DNA of 38,271 bases, taken from IMG/VR virus record IMGVR_UViG_3300033489_000028, positions 1 through 38,271 of that record, one strand, 5' to 3'. The position numbers were made by a program, and so were the translations under genes. Positions within the stretch are counted from its first letter, which is position 1. The number at the start of each line of letters is the position of its first letter. Of this stretch, positions 8,133 through 16,216 are shown piece after piece. Below the pieces are notes generated by a model that worked only from the letters and a program-made list of their open reading frames with translations, made no database searches and was not told the DNA's origin. Source of the stretch: a virus (lineage: Duplodnaviria; Caudoviricetes).

Positions 8133-8328
8133 GCTGCGAGATCGTGACGTGAGCCGGGCCGTAGGGCTCTGGAATTGGGTATGTCAATAAATACCGAGAT
8201 AATCAACAAAAGTGAGATATGAATCGTGCGAGAGGGTATCCCAGGCGAACGCTAAGCCTTCAGGACAGCCCATGCGCGCATGCGCGCGCGTAGCAAAGGG
8301 CGTGCCAACGCCAAAGAGGAAAGGGTCG

Positions 8329-8889
8329 ATGAGCCAACCCGCTGGACTATTCCGGAGTGATCTCGCCTTCTCGACCGGCAACGGCGAATGGGAGACGCCC
8401 CAGGACTTCTTCGACAAGCTCAACGCGGAGTTCCATTTCGATCTCGACGTGTGCGCGACGCCGCAGAATGCCAAGTGCGCCACGTACTTCACCCGAGAGC
8501 AGGATGGGCTGAGGATGCCCTGGGCGCCCCATCGGGCTTTCTGCAACCCGCCATACGGGGACCCGGAGCAGCCATGCAAGCGCATCTGCACGAAGAAGCG
8601 CTGCGTGAAGCGAGGGCACCACACCTCGGTCTACATCCCGGGCATCATCGACTGGATGGCCAAATCCCGGCGTGAGGCTCAACAGGGCGCGCTGGTTGTC
8701 TGCCTCGTGCCGTCTCGGACTGACACGCGATGGTGGCACAGGGAAATCATGGGTCATGCGGAGATCCGATTCGTCGAGGGGCGGCTGCGCTTCGGAGGGG
8801 CCGGCCACAACAACCCTGCGCCCTTCCCGAGCGCGGTCGTGATCTATAGGCCGCCTGCGGGAGGGACGCAGCCCGCGTGCCGTCTCTAG
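8329..8889 (+). CDS. Phage DNA N6-adenine methyltransferase (phage Dam family)
   Basis: EWETPQ..F..L..EF.F.LDVCA...NAKC, DGL, NPPY, LVPSRTDT.WW, GRL.F, APFPS. Confidence 0.93.
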   Translation: MSQPAGLFRSDLAFSTGNGEWETPQDFFDKLNAEFHFDLDVCATPQNAKCATYFTREQDGLRMPWAPHRAFCNPPYGDPEQPCKRICTKKRCVKRGHHTSVYIPGIIDWMAKSRREAQQGALVVCLVPSRTDTRWWHREIMGHAEIRFVEGRLRFGGAGHNNPAPFPSAVVIYRPPAGGTQPACRL

Positions 8890-8897
8890 GAGGGCCA

Positions 8898-9272
8898 ATG
8901 ACCGACTCATGGGAGAGTAGGGCGAGGGAATTACTACAAGCGGCGGTGCACAGACTAGATCGTTACGAAGGCGAAGCTGATGTGGAATGCAATGAGGATA
9001 TCCGCGCCTTCCTCAAAGAACCGTGCGTGGATATCCCGCAGGACGTGGCGCGGGATGCGGTAGAGGCATGCCAATCATTAGTTTCCGAAACCAGTTACAT
9101 AGGACCCCTCGGAGAGTTTAGAACTCTATACAATAGCCACCGAGCAATGCGACTCGCTCGTTCCGTTGTCTCGCGCCTGAAGGAGATCCACTTCTGCCCC
9201 CATGTCGGATGTGCCACTCTCGGTCCACATGAACATGTTTCTGGTACGGCAAAGGGGGAGCGCCATGAGTGA
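8898..9272 (+). CDS. Hypothetical protein
   Basis: GGAGG RBS; co-oriented ORF. Confidence 0.6.
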   Translation: MTDSWESRARELLQAAVHRLDRYEGEADVECNEDIRAFLKEPCVDIPQDVARDAVEACQSLVSETSYIGPLGEFRTLYNSHRAMRLARSVVSRLKEIHFCPHVGCATLGPHEHVSGTAKGERHE

Positions 9273-9468
9273 GGCGGCGATACAGGCAGCGGAATGCGTC
9301 TGCGTGAACTGTAACAAGCGCCGCGCTGACGTCTGTGATCATTTCATGGATGAGATGTTCATCGACGCCGCCTTCGCCGACCGCACCGAGACGGCACTGA
9401 AGTTGAGGGATGTGCTCCACGAGATACGCATCTTCGTGATGAGCGGGATAAGAAACGGGCAGAGTTAG
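9265..9468 (+). CDS. Hypothetical protein (CxxC)
   Basis: GGAG RBS; overlaps the upstream stop. Confidence 0.55.
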   Translation: MSEAAIQAAECVCVNCNKRRADVCDHFMDEMFIDAAFADRTETALKLRDVLHEIRIFVMSGIRNGQS

Positions 9469-9505
9469 TTAAACTGCTCCGCGCCTTCGCGAAGGAGTCA
9501 AGCAA

Positions 9506-9703
9506 ATGAAACCTAGAGAAGTAGAGGTAAAAATTAAACTAATGACAAATAGCCCGTTGAGTGATCTTCGCGATCCTGAGTGCTGGCAAATAGCGTTGGA
9601 GTGCTGGCAAATACCGTGGGGTAGTAACGTGCAGCATTGCAAAATACTCCAGGTCCAGGCCAATGTGATTCGGCCTGAGAAGAAGGGTCGGAAGAATGTT
9701 TGA
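9506..9703 (+). CDS. Hypothetical protein
   Basis: AAGGAG RBS; 65 aa. Confidence 0.55.
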   Translation: MKPREVEVKIKLMTNSPLSDLRDPECWQIALECWQIPWGSNVQHCKILQVQANVIRPEKKGRKNV

Positions 9704-9845
9704 CCGGATGCTCGATCCGTTCGATTACGTTGGGTGGCTATGGGTGATGAATATGCCATCGCCGTTTCGGAACCCCATCTATGCGGAGCGCAGGCATAGC
9801 TGGCTGGAAGCCCTGGGGATTTACCTGTGGGAGATGTACGGATGA
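9696..9845 (+). CDS. 49-aa hypothetical protein (not in ORF track)
   Basis: MFDRMLDPFDYVGWLWVMN...LWEMYG; overlaps both neighbours. Confidence 0.45.
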   Translation: MFDRMLDPFDYVGWLWVMNMPSPFRNPIYAERRHSWLEALGIYLWEMYG

Positions 9846-10807
9846 GCGGACTCACGAGCATACAATGGGCGGACGCAACGTGGAATCCAACGCGCGGCTG
9901 CTCCCGCATCTCGCGCGGGTGCCAATTGTGTTACGCCGAGCGGATCGCGGCGCGGTTCGGAACCCGTGGTACGGAGGACGTGGGCTTCGACATCCCAGCA
10001 TCGAAGCCCACGGGCCCGGCGTTCGAGGGTTTCGCAGAGATGCGCAACGGTCAGCCCCACTGGACCGGCCGCGTGGAGCTGGTGGAGTCGGCGCTGGACT
10101 GGCCGCTCCGGTGGCGTGGGTCGAAGCAGGCGCGCGCGGAGGGCAGGCCATCGCGGATCTTCGTGAACTCGACGAGCGACCTCTTTCACGAGAAGCTTTC
10201 GGACGGAGACATCGATCGCGTGTTCGCGGTGATGGCGCTCGCGCCGCAGCACTGCTTCCAGGTATTGACTAAGAGGCCGGAACGGATGTTGCACTATCTA
10301 AATCGGCAGGAGCTGCGAGATTGCATCGATGACGCGGCGGGTGATTTCGATGCCTGCCATGCGAACCTCGATGGCCGCTGGCCCCTCCCGAACGTCTGGC
10401 TTGGCGTGTCCGTAGAGGACCAAGAGACGGCGGCCAAGCGAATCCCTTTACTCCTCCAGACTCCGGCGGCAGTGAGGTTCGTTTCTTGCGAGCCCATGCT
10501 GGGGCCGGTAGATTTCAAGTACCGTCTCCTCCCTCAATCGCTCCGCGGACTGTGGGCTGACCCGCCGCTGGATCTTCCGGAACATCACAGTCTTGATTGG
10601 GTGATCATCGGCGGCGAATCAGGACCCCGCGCAAGGCCGCTTGATCTTGCGTGGGCGCGGGCGGTTGTCGAGCAGTGCCGGAAGGCGAGAGTTGCGGTCT
10701 TTTTCAAGCAGGGAGGGTTGTCGAATAGGTGTGTTCACGATAGCAAGGGTGGGCACCTCGACTGTTTCCCATCAGATCTGCACGTAAGAGAGTTTCCCGA
10801 TGCGTAA
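9842..10807 (+). CDS. Phage Gp37/Gp68 (DUF5131) family protein
   Basis: T.IQWADATWNP.RGC..IS.GC..CYAE, FVNSTSDLFHE, FQVLTKRPER, NVWLGVSVEDQ, SCEPMLG, DWVIIGGESG. Confidence 0.95.
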   Translation: MSGLTSIQWADATWNPTRGCSRISRGCQLCYAERIAARFGTRGTEDVGFDIPASKPTGPAFEGFAEMRNGQPHWTGRVELVESALDWPLRWRGSKQARAEGRPSRIFVNSTSDLFHEKLSDGDIDRVFAVMALAPQHCFQVLTKRPERMLHYLNRQELRDCIDDAAGDFDACHANLDGRWPLPNVWLGVSVEDQETAAKRIPLLLQTPAAVRFVSCEPMLGPVDFKYRLLPQSLRGLWADPPLDLPEHHSLDWVIIGGESGPRARPLDLAWARAVVEQCRKARVAVFFKQGGLSNRCVHDSKGGHLDCFPSDLHVREFPDA

Positions 10808-11348
10808 ATGCAAGACATGTGGAGTGGAGAAACCGATCGAGACGTTCCCAAAGTATCACGCGAAGGGGCTAATTGGGCGTCGTGGTACTTGCCGTGATTG
10901 CTGGAATGCGAAGTGGACGCCTATCATCGTTGCCCACGGCCGGCGCTACTACCACGAAAATACACATGGTTATAGGGACAAACAAAAGGCGCGAACTATG
11001 TTGCAACACCGCGCAGATAAGGGTGCTCATCGGCGGCGGAACGTTGCCTATTCGGATCGGCACCCACTAAAAGCTGCGGCCAAGCAATCTGTCACCGTAG
11101 CTGTGCGATCTGGACGTTTATCACGTCGTGCGTGTCAGGTGTGTGGAATGTCCAAGACGCAAGCGCATCACGATGACTATTCAAAGCCATTCGTTGTTTT
11201 GTGGCTGTGCCTTGTTCACCACGGCGAGCGGCATAGGCTCCTCAATCGCCGAACGCCGTCTGAACACTGGCCGTCCGAATGGCCGGACGATTTGCGCGTA
11301 AGAGACTTTCCGAAGAAGGCGTGGATCGATTGGAGGCCGAAGTCATGA
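10800..11348 (+). CDS. HNH-like/Zn-finger endonuclease, probably mobile
   Basis: CKTC..EK...F...CRDC N-terminus; CQVCG..AHHDDYSKP..V.WLC..HH; visibly lower GC than flanks. Confidence 0.75.
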   Translation: MRKCKTCGVEKPIETFPKYHAKGLIGRRGTCRDCWNAKWTPIIVAHGRRYYHENTHGYRDKQKARTMLQHRADKGAHRRRNVAYSDRHPLKAAAKQSVTVAVRSGRLSRRACQVCGMSKTQAHHDDYSKPFVVLWLCLVHHGERHRLLNRRTPSEHWPSEWPDDLRVRDFPKKAWIDWRPKS

Positions 11349-11410
11349 TCCGCAGCGCGATGATCGTGGCCACGGTCGCCGACTCCAGGCGCTGCATCTG
11401 GTGTGCGAGC

Positions 11411-11494
11411 CGGGAGGGGGGGGTGTAGCGCAGCGGGAAGCGCGCCGGGCCTGGGACCCGGGGGTCGCCCGTTCGAACCGGGCCGTCCCGACCA
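11411..11494 (+). tRNA. tRNA-Pro(TGG)-like, atypical or pseudo
   Basis: D arm GCGC/GCGC; anticodon arm CCGGG-CCTGGGA-CCCGG; T arm GCCCG-TTCGAAC-CGGGC; 3' CGTCCCG-A-CCA; acceptor 5' strand interrupted by a G run. Confidence 0.75.
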
Positions 11495-11516
11495 TTTCAC
11501 ATGAAAGGATACGTCG

Positions 11517-11729
11517 ATGACAACTCTTCCGACTCCGAAGCCGCTGCGCATCGGCCGCATTGATCGGCGCCGCTGCTGGAGTCAGCTTCTATGGTGGCGC
11601 AATCAGGGAAGGCGCAGCATGGATGCGCGGCTCCCTCGCGCTGTCGGCTACAACCCACCGCCAGTAGAGAATGTGAATCGCCCGAAGCCGACTCCTCCGC
11701 CGCCACCGGGACGGAGGACTGTCAACTGA
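11517..11729 (+). CDS. Small protein with Pro-rich C-terminus
   Basis: AAAGGA RBS; GYNPPPVENVNRPKPTPPPPP. Confidence 0.45.
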   Translation: MTTLPTPKPLRIGRIDRRRCWSQLLWWRNQGRRSMDARLPRAVGYNPPPVENVNRPKPTPPPPPGRRTVN

Positions 11730-11800
11730 AATCCCGAGGGGGGCGGAGATCGAGCAGGGGCAGCTTTCGTTCCTGGGGGAGCAGCTCCAGTGAGGTTTCG

Positions 11801-12112
11801 ATGAAAGTCCCATTGCTATTGAGACTCACAATTAGGATAAATCATTGGAGTGCCAGCCTGCATCGGTGGGCGACCTTGCAAGAGATTGCCATGTCGGCTT
11901 CTGCCCACTCAATCTTTTCGGTGAAGGCAGTCAGGGCGAGTGTGAAGATGTTGGACACTACCGCGCCGCTTTCGACTGACGAAATCAATGAGCATGTTGC
12001 GAGGGCAATTTACATAGCCTGGTCGCGCAATGCCGATTTGAAGTCTGTGACTTGGGCACTTGCCTGTGCTATCAACGGGGACGTTGAACGGCTTAGGAGG
12101 TACGGTTGTTGA
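11801..12112 (+). CDS. Hypothetical protein
   Basis: GAGG before ATG 11801; lower-GC insert. Confidence 0.5.
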   Translation: MKVPLLLRLTIRINHWSASLHRWATLQEIAMSASAHSIFSVKAVRASVKMLDTTAPLSTDEINEHVARAIYIAWSRNADLKSVTWALACAINGDVERLRRYGC

Positions 12113-12133
12113 CAGGCTATCGGGAAGAAGAGC

Positions 12134-12524
12134 TATGAGCCGCCGAGATCGCTACCGTGATGGCTTCAAGATCATCGTCCCGTTCAAGTTGAACCTCCGC
12201 CAGAGGTTCCGGCTCCTGTTCGGCGGTCGTATCCAGTTTCACGCGACTGCGGTGAGTGAGTTCAAGATGGGGAGCCGGAAGCTCGCGGAGGCGAAGGCGC
12301 TGGTTGTGGCGCCCACGTGGTGGGCGAAGGTCCGGCATCCGCTGACGGCGTGGCGCGGGGTCACGGTCCATAAGTCGGTGACGCCGGGGCCAACGGAGGC
12401 GAGCATGAAGGAAGACCGACCCTTTATTCCACTCGGGCGGACCGGGAGATATAGAGCGCCGCCCAACCCGAGTACTAAGCCGCCCCCTCCACCGGCACCG
12501 CCAGCGAAGAAAGCAGCGGGATGA
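12134..12524 (+). CDS. Hypothetical protein with Pro-rich tail
   Basis: ORF coupled to the next gene by ATGA. Confidence 0.55.
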
Positions 12525-12811
12525 AACGCTACTTCCGCCTCGTCGAAGACGGCAAGATCCGGCTGCTCGTCGCGGACACGCTTGGGGTGCCCGGGCGAGA
12601 CGACTGGAAAGACCTGCCGATCGAGAGCGGGCGGATCGATCATATCGCCGTGGCGCTCCTCACTGACTTCCTCGGCAAGCCCGCGCCGTCGATGCTGGCG
12701 AAAGGCTTTGCTGAGGAGATCATCGCGGGACGGACTAGCGAACGGTGGGAGATCGCGGAGGGCACGATCCGAGCGTGGCTCGCGGGTGTGCGTGAACGCG
12801 GGAGGGGGTGA
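12521..12811 (+). CDS. Small conserved phage protein (DUF6166-like pattern)
   Basis: A.ALL.D.LG...F....IA....W.I....I..WL pattern. Confidence 0.55.
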   Translation: MKRYFRLVEDGKIRLLVADTLGVPGRDDWKDLPIESGRIDHIAVALLTDFLGKPAPSMLAKGFAEEIIAGRTSERWEIAEGTIRAWLAGVRERGRG

Positions 12812-12869
12812 TTGATGTGGCCAGGAAGCCGAGGAAACCGAAGAAGCCATATCCGCCGAGGGGGTGAGC

Positions 12870-13139
12870 ATGAAGAAACGCTTTCCAAAAGAGGCTACGC
12901 GCGTGAGTGTTACAGCAGCGGAGTTCAACCATCTGACTCCCAGCGATCGAATTTTCCTCGCCATGCGGCGGCGCAGGCTGCGCGCCTACCAGCTCGCAGG
13001 GATGGCACGTATCAGGCCAGCCACCTTGAGCCGGGCTCTGCGAGAGGACGAGCCGAGCTTGACGCCAGAGCAACGCGCCCGGGTCGCGCGCGTGCTTCGC
13101 GTCCCCGTGACGCTGCTGTTTTCGGAGGCCTCGCAGTGA
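12870..13139 (+). CDS. XRE/Cro-like HTH regulator
   Basis: AMRRRRLRAYQLAGMARIRPATLSR...RVARVL..PV..LF. Confidence 0.8.
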   Translation: MKKRFPKEATRVSVTAAEFNHLTPSDRIFLAMRRRRLRAYQLAGMARIRPATLSRALREDEPSLTPEQRARVARVLRVPVTLLFSEASQ

Positions 13140-13252
13140 ATCTATTCACCGTGCGCGAGGTGGCCACCCGGCTGTCGGTGTCCGTTCCGACGGTGCGGCG
13201 CCTGATCAGAACCGGCGAGCTTCGGGCAGTTAAGGCGAAGGGGACGATGTGA
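13136..13252 (+). CDS. Short excisionase/MerR-type HTH protein, possibly truncated
   Basis: GTG start; NLFTVREVATRLSVSVPTVRRLIRTGELRAVK then stop at 38 aa. Confidence 0.65.
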   Translation: MNLFTVREVATRLSVSVPTVRRLIRTGELRAVKAKGTM

Positions 13253-13461
13253 GCGAGCGACTACCGGAAGACTTCGTGAACAAGTATAGACCGAAGGCTG
13301 CGGACCTGACCGTCTTCGGAATCAAAGCCGAGACGCTCTCGCACGATGAACTGCTCGCCGCGCTGGCGATGGCATCCGAAGAATGGCACCGATTGCTTGA
13401 GGACGAATATGGTATCGAGCCGGGAGTTCCGGAAGGTATGTGGAGCAGGTCACGCGCATGA
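13249..13461 (+). CDS. Hypothetical protein
   Basis: Coupled at both ends (GTGA / ATGA). Confidence 0.55.
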   Translation: MSERLPEDFVNKYRPKAADLTVFGIKAETLSHDELLAALAMASEEWHRLLEDEYGIEPGVPEGMWSRSRA

Positions 13462-14006
13462 AGCCCTTCACCAGCGTCGGCCAGACCGCCGCCTATTCTG
13501 ATAGGTTTCTTGGCGTTGAAGTAAAGAGCGGCGTGCTATTGGATGAGGAATTACTAGAACGAATGCGAAAATACGTCGTGTGTGGACACGAGAAGAACTG
13601 CTGGCCGTGGAGTCGTGCTAGAACCAAAGCTGGATACGGTGAACTGTCGAAATGTGGGCATATGCTTTATGCACACAGAACCGCCTATGTTATAAGCAAT
13701 GGCGTGATTTGTACTGGTCTTAGTATTTGTCATCACTGCGACAATCCACCATGTTGTAATCCATTTCACCTTTTCGCGGCGTTACCAAAAGATAACAGTG
13801 CAGACGCCGTTGCTAAGGGGAGGATCATTGCACCTCCGTTGATGTATGGAGAGGCGCACCCGATGTCAAAATTGAAGAGGGTAGACGTTGAACGGATGCG
13901 TGAGACCAGACGTACCACCGGAATTAGTTATCGAGCTATTGCAGAACTGAACGGCGTTAATGAATCGACAGCTCGAAGAGCAATCATAGGAGACCGCTGG
14001 AAATGA
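13458..14006 (+). CDS. HNH homing endonuclease with C-terminal HTH
   Basis: CWPW....GYG....AHR.AY....ICHHCDNPPCCNPFHL....DN..D...KGR...GE.HP.SKL; lower GC. Confidence 0.9.
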   Translation: MKPFTSVGQTAAYSDRFLGVEVKSGVLLDEELLERMRKYVVCGHEKNCWPWSRARTKAGYGELSKCGHMLYAHRTAYVISNGVICTGLSICHHCDNPPCCNPFHLFAALPKDNSADAVAKGRIIAPPLMYGEAHPMSKLKRVDVERMRETRRTTGISYRAIAELNGVNESTARRAIIGDRWK

Positions 14007-14410
14007 AATTTCTCTCTGTATCACATGCGATTTCCTACTACTGGCGTCTCAAGAACGCCCTCACTTGCGCGCGCGGCCTCCCGCTTGAGCCCCGCGAGTC
14101 CGACTCGGGCCGGCAGACAGACCTATTCGAGAAGCGCTTGCTTCGGATGCTTACCGTGGGCGTTCACTTCCGAGGTCTACTGCACCGGGAGATCGTTGTG
14201 CTCGGTGCGTTGTACGGCGAGGAGGCGTCCTTCAGCACGGCACGAGAGCGACTCAGAGAAGCGTATAGGGCTCGGTACGTAGGGCACCTGAACTATCCAG
14301 GGGCACGGGTTCCGATGCGATACGATTTCGCATTTTTGGATAGGGTGAGGCGTGAGGCGGAGCGGAAGGTGGGGCGATCGCTTGAACGACGCGGCCTACT
14401 CGGGGCATAA
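14003..14410 (+). CDS. Putative late transcription regulator (sigma region-4-like)
   Basis: L..RE..VL..LY.....ARE...R..REAERKV pattern; near the end of the early region. Confidence 0.45.
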   Translation: MKFLSVSHAISYYWRLKNALTCARGLPLEPRESDSGRQTDLFEKRLLRMLTVGVHFRGLLHREIVVLGALYGEEASFSTARERLREAYRARYVGHLNYPGARVPMRYDFAFLDRVRREAERKVGRSLERRGLLGA

Positions 14411-14425
14411 CGAAAGGAGAAGGCG

Positions 14426-14647
14426 ATGATCACAATCCGAATCTGGCAAGAAGGCAATCTTCACCACGGCAGGGCAACTGATGGAACACACACGTTCGAG
14501 GTGGTGGCTCCGATGGGGCAGTTCTGGGCGTTGCTTGGCGATTTTCCCGCCAACGGCAATTTCGAGGGCATCGACTTTTCGGGACACCACAACGAGGCCA
14601 TCGGTCGGGAACTCAAGGAACTGGACGCACAGGGCAAGCTGAAGTAG
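14426..14647 (+). CDS. Hypothetical protein
   Basis: AAAGGAG RBS. Confidence 0.6.
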   Translation: MITIRIWQEGNLHHGRATDGTHTFEVVAPMGQFWALLGDFPANGNFEGIDFSGHHNEAIGRELKELDAQGKLK

Positions 14648-14697
14648 GGGGAACCATAGGGGGCGACGAGGGCTCTTGGACGAGTGAGGGGGAAACG

Positions 14698-14946
14698 ATG
14701 ATAGAACGCGACGGGTACGGACCGCAGCCATTTTCACTCGATCCTGTTCCGGGCCAGTGGTTCGCGCGAATAGCGGAGCCAGTTCCTGGTTCAGGATGGA
14801 TGCAGGTTGCTTACACAACCGGGACACTTGGCAATATGATCGGTGGGATGCCCATCTGGATCTCTGACACGAAGGAATGCAGAGCAAGAATGGACAGGCT
14901 CGCGGAATGGAGCATGATTTTTAATAAGCTGATGGGGTGGGACTGA
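14698..14946 (+). CDS. Hypothetical protein
   Basis: GAGGGGG RBS. Confidence 0.55.
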   Translation: MIERDGYGPQPFSLDPVPGQWFARIAEPVPGSGWMQVAYTTGTLGNMIGGMPIWISDTKECRARMDRLAEWSMIFNKLMGWD

Positions 14947-15188
14947 TGGCCAGGATGGGTCCACCGAACAAGACACTGCTCACGGCGGGCATCCGGGTGC
15001 CTGGGACCTGGGTTCCGGAGGACGAACGGACGCCCGTGGAGCGGCGGGTAGATGAGGTGCTGGGGGAGGCGCGGGGGGAAGATGAACTTTGGGAGGACAT
15101 CCACGAACTGGCGGCAAGACTGGAGCGAGAACACCAGCGCACGGTTCGTTGGCCCAAGTGCATTTGGCACGACCGTTGTGAGGACTAG
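14946..15188 (+). CDS. Hypothetical protein
   Basis: TGATG coupling. Confidence 0.5.
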   Translation: MARMGPPNKTLLTAGIRVPGTWVPEDERTPVERRVDEVLGEARGEDELWEDIHELAARLEREHQRTVRWPKCIWHDRCED

Positions 15189-15197
15189 GGGGGACCG

Positions 15198-15395
15198 ATG
15201 GGGGAGGATCTGATCTTGCTCAGCACTGCGGCGCGACGGGTGGGGATCACGCCAGAGTATTTGCTTGTGCTCGGCAAGCGCGGGATCTTTACGCTGGTAG
15301 ATCGGCGCCGGATCTGGTCGCTCAGGCCGCGGTGGTACGTCACTCGGGCAAGCATCGAAACCTGGGAGCGCCAGAGTGGAGAATGTTCCACGTGA
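15198..15395 (+). CDS. Small winged-HTH DNA-binding protein (excisionase-like)
   Basis: L.TAARRVGITPEYL..L.KRG...W.V.R.SIE.W. Confidence 0.65.
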   Translation: MGEDLILLSTAARRVGITPEYLLVLGKRGIFTLVDRRRIWSLRPRWYVTRASIETWERQSGECST

Positions 15396-15399
15396 AATG
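15384..15399. promoter_or_regulatory. parS-like palindrome
   Basis: TGTTCCACGTGAAATG matches 14/16 of TGTTNCACGTGAAACA. Confidence 0.4.
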
Positions 15400-15571
15400 A
15401 AAGAGCAAACAAAGCAAAGTGACGGAACACTACAATATTTACAATCTAGCACCGTGTTACCCCTTGCGCGAAGTAAGTGAAACTGGCATGAATTTCCCAT
15501 CATGGCATGGTGCGCCCGAGGCTCGGAGAAATCCGGGCCTTGTGCTTTTCGGCGAGAGGTGGTGGTGGGAC

Positions 15572-16216
15572 GTGGCAACGCGCAAGAGGGCCAGCGGATC
15601 GGGAACCCGGAAGGCCGGCCAGACCTACGTTGATCGGAACGGCATCAGCTACGAGTACCGCCTGCCCAACGCGAAACAATGCAACGGCTGGAATCCGAAG
15701 ATGCGGCGGCACTGTCTGAGCCAGCCTGGCATGCGGACGGATCACCCCGGCGAAGGTCGCTGCTACGCCCACAAAGGGCGCGAGCCCGGGCACGGGCGCT
15801 ACTCCGCACGGCTGAAAGGCGCGAAGACGCTCGGGCAGCGCGCCTCCCGCTACGCCGTCCACGAGGCGCTCGGGCCTGGGGCCACCGCGGCGCTCGATGA
15901 CCCGGAGCTGCTGCGGATCGAGCACGAGGTGGGGCTCGCGCAGTCGATGGTCACGGCCTGGGTAGCCGAGCACAAGAGCGACGCACCGGATAGCACGTTC
16001 GCCAAGCAGATGTTCGGCCTGCTCGACAGCCTCGTGCGGCTCAAGCAGGTCGCCCATCAGATGGCCGAGGCGTGGACGGACAGGCGGGCGATCGCGTTTA
16101 TGGATTACCTGCGGGAAGTGATCCGCGGATCCCTCGATCGCCACTTCCCCGGGAGCGCGTCCATTCCGAAGGTACTGCTAGAGATCGCGGAAGAGGCTGA
16201 GCGGTTCAAGGTATGA
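15572..16216 (+). CDS. Putative terminase small subunit
   Basis: Overlaps the large terminase start; C...C..PG..T.H.G.GRC..H.G...HGRYS Zn-binding motif followed by a helical domain. Confidence 0.7.
   Translation: MATRKRASGSGTRKAGQTYVDRNGISYEYRLPNAKQCNGWNPKMRRHCLSQPGMRTDHPGEGRCYAHKGREPGHGRYSARLKGAKTLGQRASRYAVHEALGPGATAALDDPELLRIEHEVGLAQSMVTAWVAEHKSDAPDSTFAKQMFGLLDSLVRLKQVAHQMAEAWTDRRAIAFMDYLREVIRGSLDRHFPGSASIPKVLLEIAEEAERFKV

Noticed and set aside
8160-8230. Sigma70 promoters at TTGACA hexamers (minus strand about 8182-8187; also about 5558 and 12109)
   Set aside because: No convincing -10 element at 16-18 bp spacing
11591-11710. Second tRNA or ncRNA (GGTGGCG...CGCCACC and GTCGGCT...AGCCGAC pairings)
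   Set aside because: No T-loop, anticodon arm or CCA; short pairings are expected at this GC content, and it overlaps a plausible ORF
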